From assembly GCA_045837725.1 (NCBI GenBank), contig JBEWZL010000238.1, forward strand, positions 248,001 through 312,000: a stretch of 64,000 nucleotides of DNA. Reading direction: 5' to 3'. The DNA is from Vermamoeba vermiformis. Taxonomy: Eukaryota. The notes beneath the pieces were generated by a model. That model saw only the letters and a program-made list of their open reading frames with translations, searched no databases and was not told where the DNA came from. The position numbers were made by a program, and so were the translations under genes. This document shows, one piece after another, positions 62,412 to 64,000 of the stretch (its first letter is position 1; each line of letters starts with the position of its first letter).

Positions 62412-63867
62412 TCACAAAACCATCCCTGAGTCGCAAGAAGTGACGAATAATACGATATTCAAATAGTAGCTTCGTTCTATCGTTTTATTATCATCATCAC
62501 TTAATTCTACAGAGAAAAACCGATCGTGATCCTTCCAGCAAGTTACGACCTTTAAATTATACCAAGAAAAAGCGAGCAAATGAACCCAAAATAGGAAATG
62601 CCAAGGCACTTGACTAGCGTTGAGAAGGCCTTCGTCTAGATTAGGAAACAAATAAGTAAGACAAACTTAATTAATAACGCCGGGTAACGAAAAAGAGGAA
62701 AAGACAATTTTGTTTTTCGGTTAATTATTAGTTTTGTCATGAAACGAAGTATAATATTGACCAATGTTCGATTTTGACTCGATGCGCATTCAGGCACGTG
62801 GTACCACGTGGAAAAGATTAAAAAGCATGTGCGATCCAAATTTCGAAACAAGACTACGAGAGCACCATTAGAAAAGTTGTTGTCAGTTCTATATAGAATG
62901 GATAAATGATTAGCTATACTAGACGAAAGCCAACCGGAAGATGCGCTGCTAACCGAAAACGAGGGAAATTTCGGATAAAATCCAATCTTCTCCATCAATC
63001 TCGGAATGGAGGCGTCTCCTGGTTGCCGCTTCACCGGATTCGGTATTGCCACAATATTTCACATCTTTTGAGCAAAAAAAATTTAAATTATCTTTTTCCT
63101 CTTTTTCGTTATCTTTCGTTTTATGTTGCGCAACGGTGCCTACCTTAACGAGGAATAGATTTACTATCGCGCTACTTAATAGCCACATTATATCAATGAA
63201 TCGAATGTAGGAGTTCATTACGATGAAGAACTGCATCCAATGGACAAAAGAAATCGTCAGACACAAATAGAACGCATCTGAACCTGCAGGCAGTCGATAC
63301 TGTTGACATCTCTCGAACACTTGCTCAAATCTCTTAATAGGATTGAATTCTCTTCTCGAAGTCGTTCCCTATCAGAGCAACGGTGAGCAACAGATCCAGA
63401 AATTTAGGACTGTACTATAAGAAATCGCTTCAATTCAATTATCTAAAGCGATGGTAGCTATAATATGCTATCGCATGCAATTATATGTGGATTTAAGAAG
63501 TAAAATAGCAATTGTAAAGCATTCAAATCTAAATTGAACGGATGACGTAGTCAGTTTGAAACAAAAAAGCATTGGCCTACGTGATTTATCTCTTGGCGCA
63601 ATCGATTTATCTCCTCTTTTAGTTCCATAATCTCTTTTTCGTGTTGATCAACTCGCATATTGACCAGTTCAATTTCGTCGGGATCTGCTTGGCTTGGATT
63701 TGTCGAGATATCAATAAAGTCATCCCAAGGGTCTAATAATTATGGTAAGCCATAAAATATAGCATGTTTTATTATTGTACGTGATATTTAAGGATATAGT
63801 CCGTATCTTAAGAGCGTTACATACCACGGATGTACTCGGTGTTTGAAGTGCCATTGTCACCACCCAT
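62412..63867 (-). CDS. Hypothetical protein with an N-terminal coiled coil (downstream exon structure unresolved)
   Basis: MGGDNGTSNTEYIR|DPWDDF...EIMELKGEINRLRQEINH; later exon-like blocks could not be joined unambiguously. Confidence 0.4.
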
Positions 63868-64000
63868 GATTATTCTCTAGCTATAAATATGATATATAAA
63901 TACCTCCTGTGGCTTACTACGCGTGCCAAGATGAAAACACGAGACCAACAAACAAACAAGAAAAAACTACGCCGCGTGACACGTAAACTTCACTTGTTTT

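Noticed and set aside
63820-63867. MGGDNG start resembling Rtf2 (MGxDGG)
   Set aside because: The downstream exon is a coiled coil with no Rtf2 RING-like motifs.

Overview
This window is eukaryotic nuclear DNA: AT-rich, gene-dense, with many short GT-AG introns and CTAA-type branch points. Gene content (HRDLAARN receptor kinase, RNI-like LRR proteins) suggests an amoeboid protist, probably Amoebozoa (inference). About 23 spliced genes can be traced: an F-box/LRR pseudogene, GH2 beta-glucuronidase, DOPA 4,5-dioxygenase, a sirtuin, a DEP-DUF547-RhoGAP fusion, DNA polymerase alpha (with E2F sites), an EGF-7TM receptor, a degenerate acyl-CoA synthetase, two LRR proteins, a methyltransferase, three tandem bacterial-like peptidase-C25/FnIII surface proteins, synaptojanin, a divergent calcineurin A and an FG-GAP receptor kinase. 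The third tandem copy is broken by two mobile elements whose ends can be read against the intact paralogs. One is a 261-bp MITE with a second identical copy at 61.5 kb. The other, the best candidate for a new system, is a 1566-bp CCCT...AGGG element with an ATAT target duplication. It carries a spliced-gene remnant followed by a densely folded RNA-like block, whose repeated 13-nt motif also occurs in a separate structured island at about 24 kb. Exon boundaries were read by eye and are approximate.
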